Shown here piece after piece: positions 1 to 8,824 of a DNA stretch of 64,000 nt. Made by a program: the position numbers and the translations under genes. A model generated the notes under the pieces. The model was not told the DNA's origin and ran no database searches. It was given only the letters and a program-made list of their open reading frames with translations. Origin of the DNA: an uncultured Gemmatimonadaceae bacterium (GTDB taxonomy: Bacteria > Gemmatimonadota > Gemmatimonadetes > Gemmatimonadales > GWC2-71-9); assembly GCA_964598655.1 (NCBI GenBank), contig CAZRCT010000009.1:1652-65651 (forward strand), read 5' to 3'. Every line of letters starts with the position of its first letter. The first letter of the stretch is position 1.

Positions 1-370
1 CGAGCGAGTCGTTGAGCCGGCGCACCGAGGCGGCGAACGCCTTCCGTCCGCTGTCGCTCTCGAAGACCACCGAGCAGGTGGCGCAGCCCGTCCAGCCGCC
101 GAGGGAGAGGAGCACCCGGAGCCGGGGATTCTGGCGCTTGAGCGCCACGAGGGCAGGAATCGTGGTCCGTGCGGCGAGCGTGTCCACGGACAACTCGCTC
201 CCGCGCAGGTGGCCAAAGCTGTAGATGATGTGCGTGAGCCGCTCGGGGTGGTGCTCCCGGAAGGCGGCGCTGTCCCCCGGGTAGTAGCCGATGACGGCGA
301 GCGGCGGCCCGGCATGGGCGCACGCGCCGAGGACGGCGAGGAGCTGCACCGGGAGGAGACGGGCCAGCAC
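1..370 (-). CDS. Glycoside hydrolase family 18-like lipoprotein, N-terminal part (gene runs off the left window edge)
   Basis: Absent from the ORF track (no stop in the window). Hand translation of the minus strand from GTG 370-368 gives VLARLLPVQLLAVLGACAHAGPPLAVIGYYPGDSAAF..THIIYSFGHL..RVLLSLGGWTGC. This shows a signal peptide with a lipobox-like LGAC, then GH18 strand motifs (IGYY, IYSF, LSLGGW). It starts 4 nt after the upstream stop. Confidence 0.65.
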   Translation of the reverse strand, partial: MLARLLPVQLLAVLGACAHAGPPLAVIGYYPGDSAAFREHHPERLTHIIYSFGHLRGSELSVDTLAARTTIPALVALKRQNPRLRVLLSLGGWTGCATCSVVFESDSGRKAFAASVRRLNDSL

Positions 371-374
371 CGGG

Positions 375-995
375 TCACCAGCCGCGGGCGCGCGCCCGCT
401 CGAGGATCACCTGCGCGGCCCCGTCCAGGCCCAGCAGCCCGGTGTTGAGCACCATGTGAAAATGGCTCGGGTCATCCCAGTCGCGGCCGTAGTGCTCGCG
501 GTGGTACCGCGCCCGCTGCCGGTCGGTCTGGTCGAGGAGGCGCTCCGCCTCCTCGGGTGAGATCCGCTCCGACGCCGCCGCGAGGCGGATCCGGAACGGT
601 CGCGCGGCCACCACCTTCACGTGGAGCGCGTCGTACGCCTCGCCCAGGACCGCCGGGGCGGCACGCCCGACGAGCACCTTCCGTCCCTCGGCGGCCACCT
701 CCTTCACCACCAGTTCGGTGATGCGCACCAGGCTCGGCTCCTCGGGCCCCACGGCCACGCCAAGCTCGGGCACCGCGTACTCCTGGGAGGAATTGGTGAG
801 GGCGCGGGCCAGGCGCTCCACGAAGCCGGGCGCGCGCTCGTCCTGCGCCGCGACCACCTCGGGGGCGAGCCCGGCGCGGCGGGCCACGCGGTCCACGATC
901 TCGTTGTCCACCACGCCCCAGCCCAGGCCCTCGGCCACCAGCCGGGCCACCTCGGAACCGCCGGCGCCGTACTGGCGCGAAATGGTGATCAGCAT
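375..995 (-). CDS. Cytidylate kinase-like family protein (P-loop)
   Basis: ORF 375..1067. Start chosen at ATG 995 (MLITISRQYGAGGSEVARLVAEGLGW), an N-terminal Walker-A-like motif typical of the cytidylate-kinase-like family. Confidence 0.65.
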   Translation of the reverse strand: MLITISRQYGAGGSEVARLVAEGLGWGVVDNEIVDRVARRAGLAPEVVAAQDERAPGFVERLARALTNSSQEYAVPELGVAVGPEEPSLVRITELVVKEVAAEGRKVLVGRAAPAVLGEAYDALHVKVVAARPFRIRLAAASERISPEEAERLLDQTDRQRARYHREHYGRDWDDPSHFHMVLNTGLLGLDGAAQVILERARARGW

Positions 996-1059
996 CGATG
1001 CCTCCGTCCCCGTTGGGCGCGGCTCAAGGTGCAGCGGCCCGGAGGGGGCCACAAGGTGG

Positions 1060-2292
1060 TCACGCATCCCGCCGCGGCGCGAACCCCACCACCGCCAGCC
1101 CGCACATCACGGCGCCGAGCCCGAGCGTCACGGGCACGCCGAAGTGCTCGGCGATCCACCCCGCCTGGAAGGCGCCGAAGGGCGCCATGCCGAGCACGGT
1201 GAGCGAGTAGAACCCCATGACCCGGCCGCGCAGGTGGTCCGGCACCCGCACCTGCAGGTGGGTGTTGGTGCTGATGTTGTTGAGGATCATCGCGGCACCG
1301 GCGCAGGCCAGCACCGCCGCGGCCGGCACCACGGCCCGCACCACGGCCAGCAGCGCGAGCGCCGCGCTGAAGAGGAGCCCCGCCCGCCGGATGACCTGCA
1401 GCCGGTCGAAGGTGTGCCCGCGCGTGGCCATGAGCAGCGCCCCGATGCTGGCGCCGATCCCCACCGACGTCATGAGCACGCCGTAGCCGGTGGCGTCCGA
1501 GGCCAGCGTGTCGCGGGCGTACACCGGCAGCATGCTGACGAACGAGAAGCCGAAGATGCTGTAGATCCCCGTGAGGAGGAGCAGCGCGCGCGGCCCCCGC
1601 TCCCCGAGGGCGTGGCGCGCCCCCTCGCCGAAGGTGGCGGCGCGGGCCTCGGCGTGCGGCGCCGCGGCGGCCCCGCGCATCAGGGCCAGCGCGCCGATGG
1701 CCGCGAGGAAGCTGGCGGCGTTCAGGTAGAAGCAGGCCGCGCTCCCGAACGCCGCGATGGTGGCGCCGGCGATGGCGGGGCCCACGATGCGGGTCAGGTT
1801 GAAGTTGGAGGAGTTGAGCGCGATGGCGTTCATCAGCGACTCCTTCCCCACCATCTCCACGATGAAAGCCTGCCGGATCGGCACCTCGAAGGCGGCCGAG
1901 GTCCCGTGGACCACCGCCAGCACCATCACCAGCTGCACCGTGATGTGGCCGGTGGCCGTGAGCGTGGCCAGCGCCAGCGCGTCGCACAGCATGAGGGACT
2001 GGAGCACCAGCAGGGCGCGGCGGCGGTTCACCCGGTCGGCCAGCACGCCGCCCCACAGGGTGAACAGCAGGATCGGCAGCGACTCGAGGGCGCTCACCAC
2101 CCCCACGAGGAAGGGCGAGTTGGTGAGTTCCAGGACCAGCCACCCCTGCGCCACCACCTGCATCCACGTCCCCACCAGCGACACGAACTGCCCCACGAAG
2201 AACAGCCGGAAGTTGCGGGAACGGAGCGAGGGAAAGAGGGTGAGCACCCGCTCGCGGGCGGTGGGGCGCTGGGCGTCGGCGGGGGCGTCCAT
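1060..2292 (-). CDS. MFS transporter (MFS_3 / EntS-like architecture)
   Basis: ORF 1060..2310 with about 12 hydrophobic segments; N-terminus SLRSRNFRLFFVGQFVSLVGTWMQ. ATG 2292 is preferred over TTG 2310 because TGcTATGTT (extended -10) lies 6 nt upstream of it. Confidence 0.85.
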   Translation of the reverse strand: MDAPADAQRPTARERVLTLFPSLRSRNFRLFFVGQFVSLVGTWMQVVAQGWLVLELTNSPFLVGVVSALESLPILLFTLWGGVLADRVNRRRALLVLQSLMLCDALALATLTATGHITVQLVMVLAVVHGTSAAFEVPIRQAFIVEMVGKESLMNAIALNSSNFNLTRIVGPAIAGATIAAFGSAACFYLNAASFLAAIGALALMRGAAAAPHAEARAATFGEGARHALGERGPRALLLLTGIYSIFGFSFVSMLPVYARDTLASDATGYGVLMTSVGIGASIGALLMATRGHTFDRLQVIRRAGLLFSAALALLAVVRAVVPAAAVLACAGAAMILNNISTNTHLQVRVPDHLRGRVMGFYSLTVLGMAPFGAFQAGWIAEHFGVPVTLGLGAVMCGLAVVGFAPRRDA

Positions 2293-2298
2293 GGGCCG

Positions 2299-2307
2299 AA
2301 CATAGCA
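2299..2307 (-). promoter_or_regulatory. Extended -10 (TGcTATGTT) 6 nt upstream of the MFS ATG; leaderless candidate
   Basis: The minus strand reads cttgTGCTATGTTcggcccATG. Confidence 0.5.
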
Positions 2308-2405
2308 CAAGGCCAGCCGGGACGGACCTCTCGCGCGTCCCCGGGTTATACTCTGGGGACGGCCGCCCCGGGGCGGCCAGGTTTCCTTCAGCGGCGCGGA
2401 GGCCC

Positions 2406-3686
2406 ATGCGCTACACCACCTACTCCAAGTACGTGCCGGGCATGGCCGAGGCCGTGAACCTCCAGGCCCTCCTCGACCAGCTCGGTGATTTCCTGCTCCA
2501 GTCCGGCTTCGCCGGGGAGAGCTGGTGGGGCGGCGAGGAGCCGGCCGACCGCTCCATGGACGCCCTCCGCGAGGCCATCCTCAAGGCGCTCATGGAATCG
2601 GGCCAGCTCACCGACGACATGATGAAGCTGATGCGCGGTGAGTCCACCGGCAGCCCCGAGCGGGACGCGGAGACCGAGGCGCAGCTGGCGCAGCTCCTCG
2701 ACCAGATCGTGCAGCGGCTCCTCGAGGAGGGCTACCTCAAGATGGAGCAAGCCCCGCAGATGCCCGCGGGCTACTCCGAGGTGGTGGGGCCGCACGGCCA
2801 GGCGCGCTCCGCCGCCAGGCAGGTGCAGTTCGGCCTCACCGAGAAGGGCGCGGACTTCCTCGGCTTCAAGACCCTGAAGGAACTGCTCGGCTCCATCGGC
2901 AAGTCGAGCGTGGGCGCGCACGATACGGTGCACCTGGCCACCAGCACCGAGGCCGAGGCCGCGAGCAAGCCCTACGAGTTCGGCGACACCCTGAACCTCG
3001 ACGTGCCGGCGACGCTCGCCAACGCCATCGCGCGCGAGGGGCTCGGCATGCCCCTCAACCTCGAGTACGCCGACCTCATGGTGCACCAGTCCGAGTACCG
3101 CTCCTCGGCGGCCACGGTGCTCATGCTCGACTGCTCCCACTCCATGATCCTCTACGGCGAGGACCGGTTCACCCCCGCCAAGAAGGTCGCGCTCGCGCTC
3201 ACGCACCTGATCCGCACCCAGTTCCCCGGCGACAGCATCCGCTGCGTCCTGTTCCACGACTCGGCCGAGGAGATCCCGCTGGCGGCGCTGCCGTCGGTGG
3301 CGGTGGGGCCGTACCACACCAACACCGCCGAGGGCCTCAAGCTGGCGCGGCGGATCCTGATGGCGCAGAAGAAGGACATGCGCCAGGTCATCATGATCAC
3401 CGACGGCAAGCCCTCGGCCATGACGCTGCCGGACGGGCAGGTGTACGTGAACAGCGTGGGCCTCGACCCGCGGGTGCTCGAGGCCACCTACCGCGAGGTA
3501 GCGGAGTGCCGGCGCGCGGGCATCATGATCAACACGTTCATGCTGGCACGGGAACGGACGCTGGTGGAGTTCGTCAAGAAGGTGTCGGAGATCTGCCGCG
3601 GCAAGGCGTACTTCACCACCACCATGACCCTGGGGCAGTTCATCCTCATGGACTTCATGAAGCGGCGGACGCGCAAGGTCTCCTAG
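2406..3686 (+). CDS. VWA (von Willebrand factor A) domain protein
   Basis: 426-aa ORF. It has a MIDAS-like DCSHSM motif, then ITDGKPSA, with a helical N-terminal region. Confidence 0.75.
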   Translation: MRYTTYSKYVPGMAEAVNLQALLDQLGDFLLQSGFAGESWWGGEEPADRSMDALREAILKALMESGQLTDDMMKLMRGESTGSPERDAETEAQLAQLLDQIVQRLLEEGYLKMEQAPQMPAGYSEVVGPHGQARSAARQVQFGLTEKGADFLGFKTLKELLGSIGKSSVGAHDTVHLATSTEAEAASKPYEFGDTLNLDVPATLANAIAREGLGMPLNLEYADLMVHQSEYRSSAATVLMLDCSHSMILYGEDRFTPAKKVALALTHLIRTQFPGDSIRCVLFHDSAEEIPLAALPSVAVGPYHTNTAEGLKLARRILMAQKKDMRQVIMITDGKPSAMTLPDGQVYVNSVGLDPRVLEATYREVAECRRAGIMINTFMLARERTLVEFVKKVSEICRGKAYFTTTMTLGQFILMDFMKRRTRKVS

Positions 3687-3700
3687 CGCGGGGCCCCGAC

Positions 3701-3744
3701 GCGCAACGGGCCGCCTTCCCCCTGGGGAAGGCGGCCCGTTGCGC
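3701..3744. terminator. Bidirectional hairpin between convergent VWA and M48 genes
   Basis: GCGCAACGGGCCGCCTTCCCC / GGGGAAGGCGGCCCGTTGCGC form perfect 21-nt complementary arms. No clear U-tract. Confidence 0.6.
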
Positions 3745-3759
3745 TGCCTGGCCGGCGGG

Positions 3760-5220
3760 CTACTGGTTGATCACCCGCTTCACCGATTCCCCCGCGGCGA
3801 GCGGGGCGGTGCCGTCGGCCACGCCGTTGATCAGGGCGAGCTTCTCGATGGTGATGGTCGACGGATACTGCTGGTTGAACTGCGCCAGCGTCATGGCGCG
3901 CGGCACCCGGACGATGTCGATCCGGTCCGGCTTGATGCTGAGCGCCGCCGGGTCGGTGAGCTTGCGGAAGCTCATGACGAACGCCTGGAACGCCTGCCCG
4001 TACGTCGAGGCCGGCTGCGCGGTGACCCCGAGCAGCTGGTAGGTGTTGCCGCCGTAGCTCACCATGGCCACGAGGCCGTTGAGCGCCTGGCCATCCTGCG
4101 TCTGCGCGCTGAACGGCGCCATGGCCGCCGCATTGCCGTTGATGCTGGTGTTCCGCGCCTGCCCCGCCGTGATCCCCTGCTGCCCCAGGAACTGCTGCAG
4201 CGTCTGGCCCGGGTCGCCCTTGCCGGCCAGGGAGAGCTGCACCTGGGCGTCCTTCTGCGGCGAGAGGCCGGCCACGGCCGAGACCTGGTTGACCGTCTGC
4301 CAGCCCGCGGGGAAGTCGATGGAGAAGGCGAGGTCGGGATGATTGAAGCGCCCGTCCTTGAAGAAGCCCTGCCGCGGGTTGTCGCCGAAGATCATGCCGT
4401 CGATGACGGCCAGGAACTCGGGCCGGCCCACCTTCTTGCCGTCGAGCGGCACGGTCAGGCGGCGGAGGCGGGCCTCGGTGGCCTCGATGCGGTTGCCCGG
4501 GTCCGGGTGGGTGGACTGCCACTCGGGGATCCGGCTGCCGCCGCCGGAGATGCGCTGCAGGATCTTGAACATGTCCACCATCTGGCGGACGTCGTAGCCG
4601 TCGTTGAGCGCGTAGCGGAAGCCCAGGCCGTCGGCCTGGGTCTCGTCGTCACGGCCGTACTTGAGGGAGAGGATGCCGAGCCCGGTGCTGAGGAGCCCCA
4701 GGTTCTGGGCCACCTTGTCGCTGGCGATGGCGCCCGCCAGGAGGCCCACCTGGAAAAGCTGCTGGCGGGTGATCTGCTGCACCGAGTGGCGCGCCGTCAC
4801 GTGGCCGATCTCGTGGCCCACCACGCTGGCGAGCTCGGCCTCGGAGTTCATGTGCGTCAGGATCCCGCGGGTGATGAAGATGGGTCCGCCCGGCAGGGCG
4901 AAGGCGTTGACCTGCGGGTCGTCGATCACCGTGAAGTTCCACGGGAGGCTGGGCCGCTCCGACGCCTTGGCGAGCCGGAGCCCGATGGTGCGCACGTAGC
5001 GCTGGACGCTCGAGTCGGGGTACGCGCCCATCTCCTGCGTCACCTGCTGCGCGTACTGCTGGCCCATCTGGATCTCCTGGCTCTCGGAGACCAGCGAGAG
5101 TTCGCGCTTTCCGGTGACCGGGTTGACGGCGCAGGTGACGACGGCCAGGGCGAGCGCCGCGACGCCGGCCAGCCGCCAGGGGCGGCGAAGGGATGCCTGC
5201 TGCACGGGATGCCTCCTCAC
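3760..5220 (-). CDS. M48 family zinc metalloprotease lipoprotein
   Basis: GTG start. Signal peptide and lipobox (ALAVVTCA), HExxH as VVGHEIGHVTARH, and a possible LysM-like C-terminal segment (low confidence). Confidence 0.85.
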   Translation of the reverse strand: MRRHPVQQASLRRPWRLAGVAALALAVVTCAVNPVTGKRELSLVSESQEIQMGQQYAQQVTQEMGAYPDSSVQRYVRTIGLRLAKASERPSLPWNFTVIDDPQVNAFALPGGPIFITRGILTHMNSEAELASVVGHEIGHVTARHSVQQITRQQLFQVGLLAGAIASDKVAQNLGLLSTGLGILSLKYGRDDETQADGLGFRYALNDGYDVRQMVDMFKILQRISGGGSRIPEWQSTHPDPGNRIEATEARLRRLTVPLDGKKVGRPEFLAVIDGMIFGDNPRQGFFKDGRFNHPDLAFSIDFPAGWQTVNQVSAVAGLSPQKDAQVQLSLAGKGDPGQTLQQFLGQQGITAGQARNTSINGNAAAMAPFSAQTQDGQALNGLVAMVSYGGNTYQLLGVTAQPASTYGQAFQAFVMSFRKLTDPAALSIKPDRIDIVRVPRAMTLAQFNQQYPSTITIEKLALINGVADGTAPLAAGESVKRVINQ

Positions 5221-5325
5221 ACGGGATGCCTGCCGGGGAATGGCTACACCGGGACCCGCTCCGGGGCAAGGACGGCGCGGGGGCCCCGGGCGGCCGCGCT
5301 CCGGTCCCCGCGGGGCCCGGACGCA

Positions 5326-5353
5326 CCACGGCCCGGGTCGCCCCGGGCCGTGG
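5326..5353 (-). terminator. Hairpin downstream of the S46 peptidase gene
   Basis: CCACGGCCCGG-gtcgcc-CCGGGCCGTGG, an 11-bp stem with no U-tract. Confidence 0.4.
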
Positions 5354-5376
5354 TCCCTGCGGGGGGGGTGTCCCGG

Positions 5377-7500
5377 CTACATCGCCGGGGTCGCCCCGCG
5401 GCGCTCGAGTTCGTCCACCAGCGCGTGCGCGTCGTACACCCGCCGCAGCGCGTGCGCGATGGCCCGGCTGTCCACCCACACCGACCGCGCCACGCGCTCG
5501 GTGAAGAGGAAGCGGTTGGGCAGCATCTCGATGTTGCCGTCGAAGATGAGCCCGATCACCTCGGCGTCCCGGTTGATGACCGGGCTGCCCGAGTTGCCGC
5601 CGATGATGTCGTTGGTGCCGGCACCATTGAAGGGCGTGTCCATCGTCAGCGAGTCCCGCCGCTCGCGCCAGCGCGGCGGCAGGTCGAAGGGCGGCTGCCC
5701 GCCGAACGCGGCCGCGCGCTCGTACAGGCCGCCGAAGGTGGTGTAGGGCGCGGCCACGGTGCCGTTCATCGGGTAGCGGCGGATCTCGCCGTCGGAGATG
5801 CGGAGGCTGAACGTGGCGTCCGGCGAGGCGTTGCTGCCGTACACCGCCAGGAACGCCCGCGCGATTTGCTCGTTGGCCTGCGCCTCGCGGTCGTTCAGGT
5901 CGGTCACCTCCCGGACGATGGCGCGATCCAGCGGGTCGATGATGCGCGCCACCGCAACGAACGGATCGGTGGAGCCGGCGATCCCCGCCGCCCCCCCGGT
6001 GGCGAGGGCCTTGCGCGCGTCGCCGGTGGTGAGCGTGGCGCCCTTCACCATCGCCTCCGCGGCCGCCGCCGGCGTGCGCCCCTGCAGGTACGCCTTGAGC
6101 ACCGGGTCGGTGGCCGGCAGCTCCTTCTGCATGGCCGTCAGGAACGCCGTGAGGAGCGCCTGCTCCTGCACCAGGTCGATCGGCGCATTGCCGAACAGAT
6201 TCCGCTCCAGCCCGGCCTTGTTGGCCTCCTGGTAGGCGGGGAGCCGGTCGGCATCGGGCTTGGCCGTCTCGGTGCCGTAGCGGACCGTGGCCAGCGCGGT
6301 GTTGACGAGGCGGGATCCGTAGGCGGTGCCGCTGTGGTAACGGCGGCGCACGTCGATCGCCTTCCGGCGCGCCTGGATCTCGCTCACCGCCTGCCACACG
6401 CGGCCGTACTGGCGGCGGAGGGTGGCGTCGGCGGTCACCTTGCCGCGGAACTCCCCCTCCCAGGCGCGCTTGCGCGCCATGAGCCGCGGGTCGAGCAGGC
6501 CCGACTGGTAGCCACCGATGGCCTTCTGCGTGTTCTCGAGGCCGAAGATCGTGTTGCGGAGCGCCTTGGCGCGCACCGTGTCGGCCGCGCCGAGGGCCTT
6601 GAAGGCCTCGATCTGGCGGTGCAGCTGGTCCAGCTGGGCCGGGTACTGCACGTCGCGCAGGTACTCGAGCTGGCTCATGGTGTTGAGCCGGCCGGTGGAG
6701 CCCGGGTTGCCGATCACGAAGGTGAGGTCGCCCTCACGGCTGCCGTTCCGGCTCCAGGTGAAGTGGTGCGGCGTCTCGGCCGGCTTCCCGTTGACGTATG
6801 CGCGCACAAAGGAGACGTCGAGGTTCCAGCGCGGGTACGTGAAGTTGTCCGGGTCCCCGCCGAAGAAGGCGATCTGCCCCTCGGGCGCGAACACCAGCCG
6901 GATGTCCTTGAAGCGGTGGAAGCGGTACAGCTTGTACTGCCCGCCCCGGTACATCGTCACCACCTGGCAGGCGGCGTCGGCCTCGGTCTTGTTGCACTCG
7001 TCCTCGATCTCCTTCACGACCTTGGCGCGCTGCGTGGCCGCCGTCTTGGCGTCGGCCGTGGGCGCGGCCGCGCGGCTCACGCGGTCGGTCACGTCGGTGA
7101 TCTGCTGCAGCTGGTCGAGGAACAGGCCCTGGCAGACCCGCTCGTCCTCGCGCTTCGCCGCATAGAAGCCGTTGGAGAGGAAGTCCTCCCCCGGCCTGGT
7201 GGCCGACTCGATGCAGGCCCGGGCGCAGTGATGGTTGGTCATCACCAGCCCCTCCCCCGACACGAACGACGACGAGCACCCGCCGCCGTAGCGCACCGCC
7301 GACAGCCGCACGTGCTCGAGCCACTGGTCGCTCGGGCTGAAGTTGTACCGCGCGGCCCAGTACTGCCGCGGCGGCACGTCGAACGTCCACATCTTCCCCG
7401 TCTCGAGCCCGGGGTACTCGCCGTCCATCAGGTCCTGCGCGGCCACCATCGCCGGCACGAGCAGCAGGAACGCGAGCAGACAGTTACGGAGCTGGCGCAT
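5377..7500 (-). CDS. S46 family dipeptidyl-peptidase (DPP7/DPP11-like)
   Basis: 707 aa with a signal peptide. Contains GGCSSSFVSGEGLVMTNHHCA and the catalytic GGNSGSPVINRDAEVIGLIFDGN motif. Confidence 0.9.
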   Translation of the reverse strand: MRQLRNCLLAFLLLVPAMVAAQDLMDGEYPGLETGKMWTFDVPPRQYWAARYNFSPSDQWLEHVRLSAVRYGGGCSSSFVSGEGLVMTNHHCARACIESATRPGEDFLSNGFYAAKREDERVCQGLFLDQLQQITDVTDRVSRAAAPTADAKTAATQRAKVVKEIEDECNKTEADAACQVVTMYRGGQYKLYRFHRFKDIRLVFAPEGQIAFFGGDPDNFTYPRWNLDVSFVRAYVNGKPAETPHHFTWSRNGSREGDLTFVIGNPGSTGRLNTMSQLEYLRDVQYPAQLDQLHRQIEAFKALGAADTVRAKALRNTIFGLENTQKAIGGYQSGLLDPRLMARKRAWEGEFRGKVTADATLRRQYGRVWQAVSEIQARRKAIDVRRRYHSGTAYGSRLVNTALATVRYGTETAKPDADRLPAYQEANKAGLERNLFGNAPIDLVQEQALLTAFLTAMQKELPATDPVLKAYLQGRTPAAAAEAMVKGATLTTGDARKALATGGAAGIAGSTDPFVAVARIIDPLDRAIVREVTDLNDREAQANEQIARAFLAVYGSNASPDATFSLRISDGEIRRYPMNGTVAAPYTTFGGLYERAAAFGGQPPFDLPPRWRERRDSLTMDTPFNGAGTNDIIGGNSGSPVINRDAEVIGLIFDGNIEMLPNRFLFTERVARSVWVDSRAIAHALRRVYDAHALVDELERRGATPAM

Positions 7501-7504
7501 AACG

Positions 7505-7530
7505 TCCGTGTTTCAGGGTGGGACTACCGG
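7505..7530. repeat. Copy 1 of a short intergenic repeat with core GTTTCAGGGTGGGACT
   Basis: The 16-nt core at 7510-7525 is identical to 29053-29068. The flanks TCCG..CCGG are also shared, with single-nt indels. Confidence 0.6.
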
Positions 7531-7561
7531 GACAGTGCCCGGAAAGGTAACGACCGGAATC

Positions 7562-8125
7562 TTAAGCTTTTGGCCAAAGCGATCCGAAGACTCCTCCAGT
7601 CATCAGCGCGTAGATCAGCGCGTCCAGCACGTCCTTCCCCACCACCCGCCACGGCCGGCCGCCCCAGATCCCGTCGCTCACGTGCCCGATGCCGTAGGCC
7701 AGGAAGGCGATGGTCCCGGACACCCGGAAGACCTGCAGGTAGGGCGTCCCCGGCGCGAGCAGCCGCGAGCCCAGGTACGCCACGAAGACCGCCACCACCA
7801 GGTTCAGCACGAACCACTGGCCCAGCGCCGGCCCCATCGACGGCAGCCCGCTCGGCCGCACGAAGATGAACGCCACGGGTCCCTCCGCGAAGCGCGCCTG
7901 CGTCGCGGGCTCCGCCAGTTCCTTCATGTCGCTGCAGTAGGGCGTGATGTAGCCGCCGGGCGCCGGGGCGCCCTTCCGCATGGCGGCGCGCACCTCGTCT
8001 TCGTTGGGCAGGCGGCTGTAGTCGGAGTTGTGCCACTTGAAGACCATGTGGACCAGGCTGCTCGCGAAGAACACGGCGAGCGCCCCGAGCAGGATCGGCA
8101 GCCACAACTGCGTGAGGGTCAGCAT
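7562..8125 (-). CDS. Hypothetical membrane protein
   Basis: 187-aa ORF with about 4 hydrophobic helices. It has its own TTGACG-N17-TAGCAT promoter and a GGAG Shine-Dalgarno 6 nt upstream of the ATG. Confidence 0.6.
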   Translation of the reverse strand: MLTLTQLWLPILLGALAVFFASSLVHMVFKWHNSDYSRLPNEDEVRAAMRKGAPAPGGYITPYCSDMKELAEPATQARFAEGPVAFIFVRPSGLPSMGPALGQWFVLNLVVAVFVAYLGSRLLAPGTPYLQVFRVSGTIAFLAYGIGHVSDGIWGGRPWRVVGKDVLDALIYALMTGGVFGSLWPKA

Positions 8126-8151
8126 TGGCGACTCCGGAGAGGGGGACTGCT

Positions 8152-8180
8152 ATGCTACCCCCGGGACCGGGGCCGTCAAG
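8152..8180 (-). promoter_or_regulatory. Sigma70-type promoter TTGACG-N17-TAGCAT for the 7562-8125 gene
   Basis: The minus strand reads cTTGACGgccccggtcccgggggTAGCAT, 26 nt upstream of the ATG, with GGAG in between. Confidence 0.6.
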
Positions 8181-8183
8181 GCA

Positions 8184-8735
8184 TCAGCCGTCGCGCGGCA
8201 CGGCCCACATCAGGTAGCAGAGCCACAGCCCGCCCAGCACGGACGCGCCGAGCACCACCAGGCCGGCACCGCGCACCGCGCTCGCGAGGCCGAGGTTGTG
8301 CTGCACCACGCCCCAGTGCTGCAGCAGCCACGCCCAGTCGTGGCCGCCCTCCTCCCCGAAGCTGAGCAGGTCGAGGTCGAAGCTCCGGGCGTCGGCGATG
8401 TAGGTCGCCATGTCGAACAGGCTCGACGCCAGCCAGAGGCCCGCGACGGTGACGCCGAAGTAGTCGCGGTGATGATAGATGAGCGCCGCCGCCCCGAGCG
8501 GGAGGAGCAGCTGCATGAGACTGCCGCCGAGGATGCCAAGCGTCTCCCCGCCGAAGGCGAAGAAGAGGTGCCCAAACTCGTGCGCGCCGAAGGTGATCCC
8601 CGCGAAGAGCGCCGGCGCCTCGGCCCCGCCGCGGTACTGGCCGAGCACGTCCCAGGCAAGGAGCAGCAGGAGCGGCAGCCGCCACAGCCACCAGCGGCCG
8701 CGGGCGTAGTCCGGGATGGAGGGTGCGAGGGTCAT
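8184..8735 (-). CDS. Hypothetical polytopic membrane protein with HExxH (possible M50B-like metalloprotease)
   Basis: ORF 8184..8813; start chosen at ATG 8735 (MTLAPSIPDY). Contains FGAHEFGHLFF within hydrophobic segments. Confidence 0.5.
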   Translation of the reverse strand: MTLAPSIPDYARGRWWLWRLPLLLLLAWDVLGQYRGGAEAPALFAGITFGAHEFGHLFFAFGGETLGILGGSLMQLLLPLGAAALIYHHRDYFGVTVAGLWLASSLFDMATYIADARSFDLDLLSFGEEGGHDWAWLLQHWGVVQHNLGLASAVRGAGLVVLGASVLGGLWLCYLMWAVPRDG

Positions 8736-8824
8736 GTGGTCCGGGGACGGGGGAGGGTCGTTGCCGTGGCGGGCGGCCCGGGGGAAATTACGCGCGACGC
8801 CGTTCCCCTCCATCCGGACGCCCC

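Noticed and set aside
2406-3686. The VWA protein as part of a MoxR-VWA or similar two-gene system.
   Set aside because: No AAA+ ATPase gene is adjacent. The upstream neighbour is a divergent MFS transporter and the downstream neighbour is a convergent protease.
8723-8824. The most upstream starts offered by the track for several genes: 8723, 2310, 12545, 35043, 43978, 48868, 51671 and 54521.
   Set aside because: The internal starts give proper signal peptides or lipoboxes, or canonical N-termini. They are also supported by nearby -10 or Shine-Dalgarno elements. The upstream extensions are Arg/Pro/Gly-rich. 12545 and 48868 remain possible.
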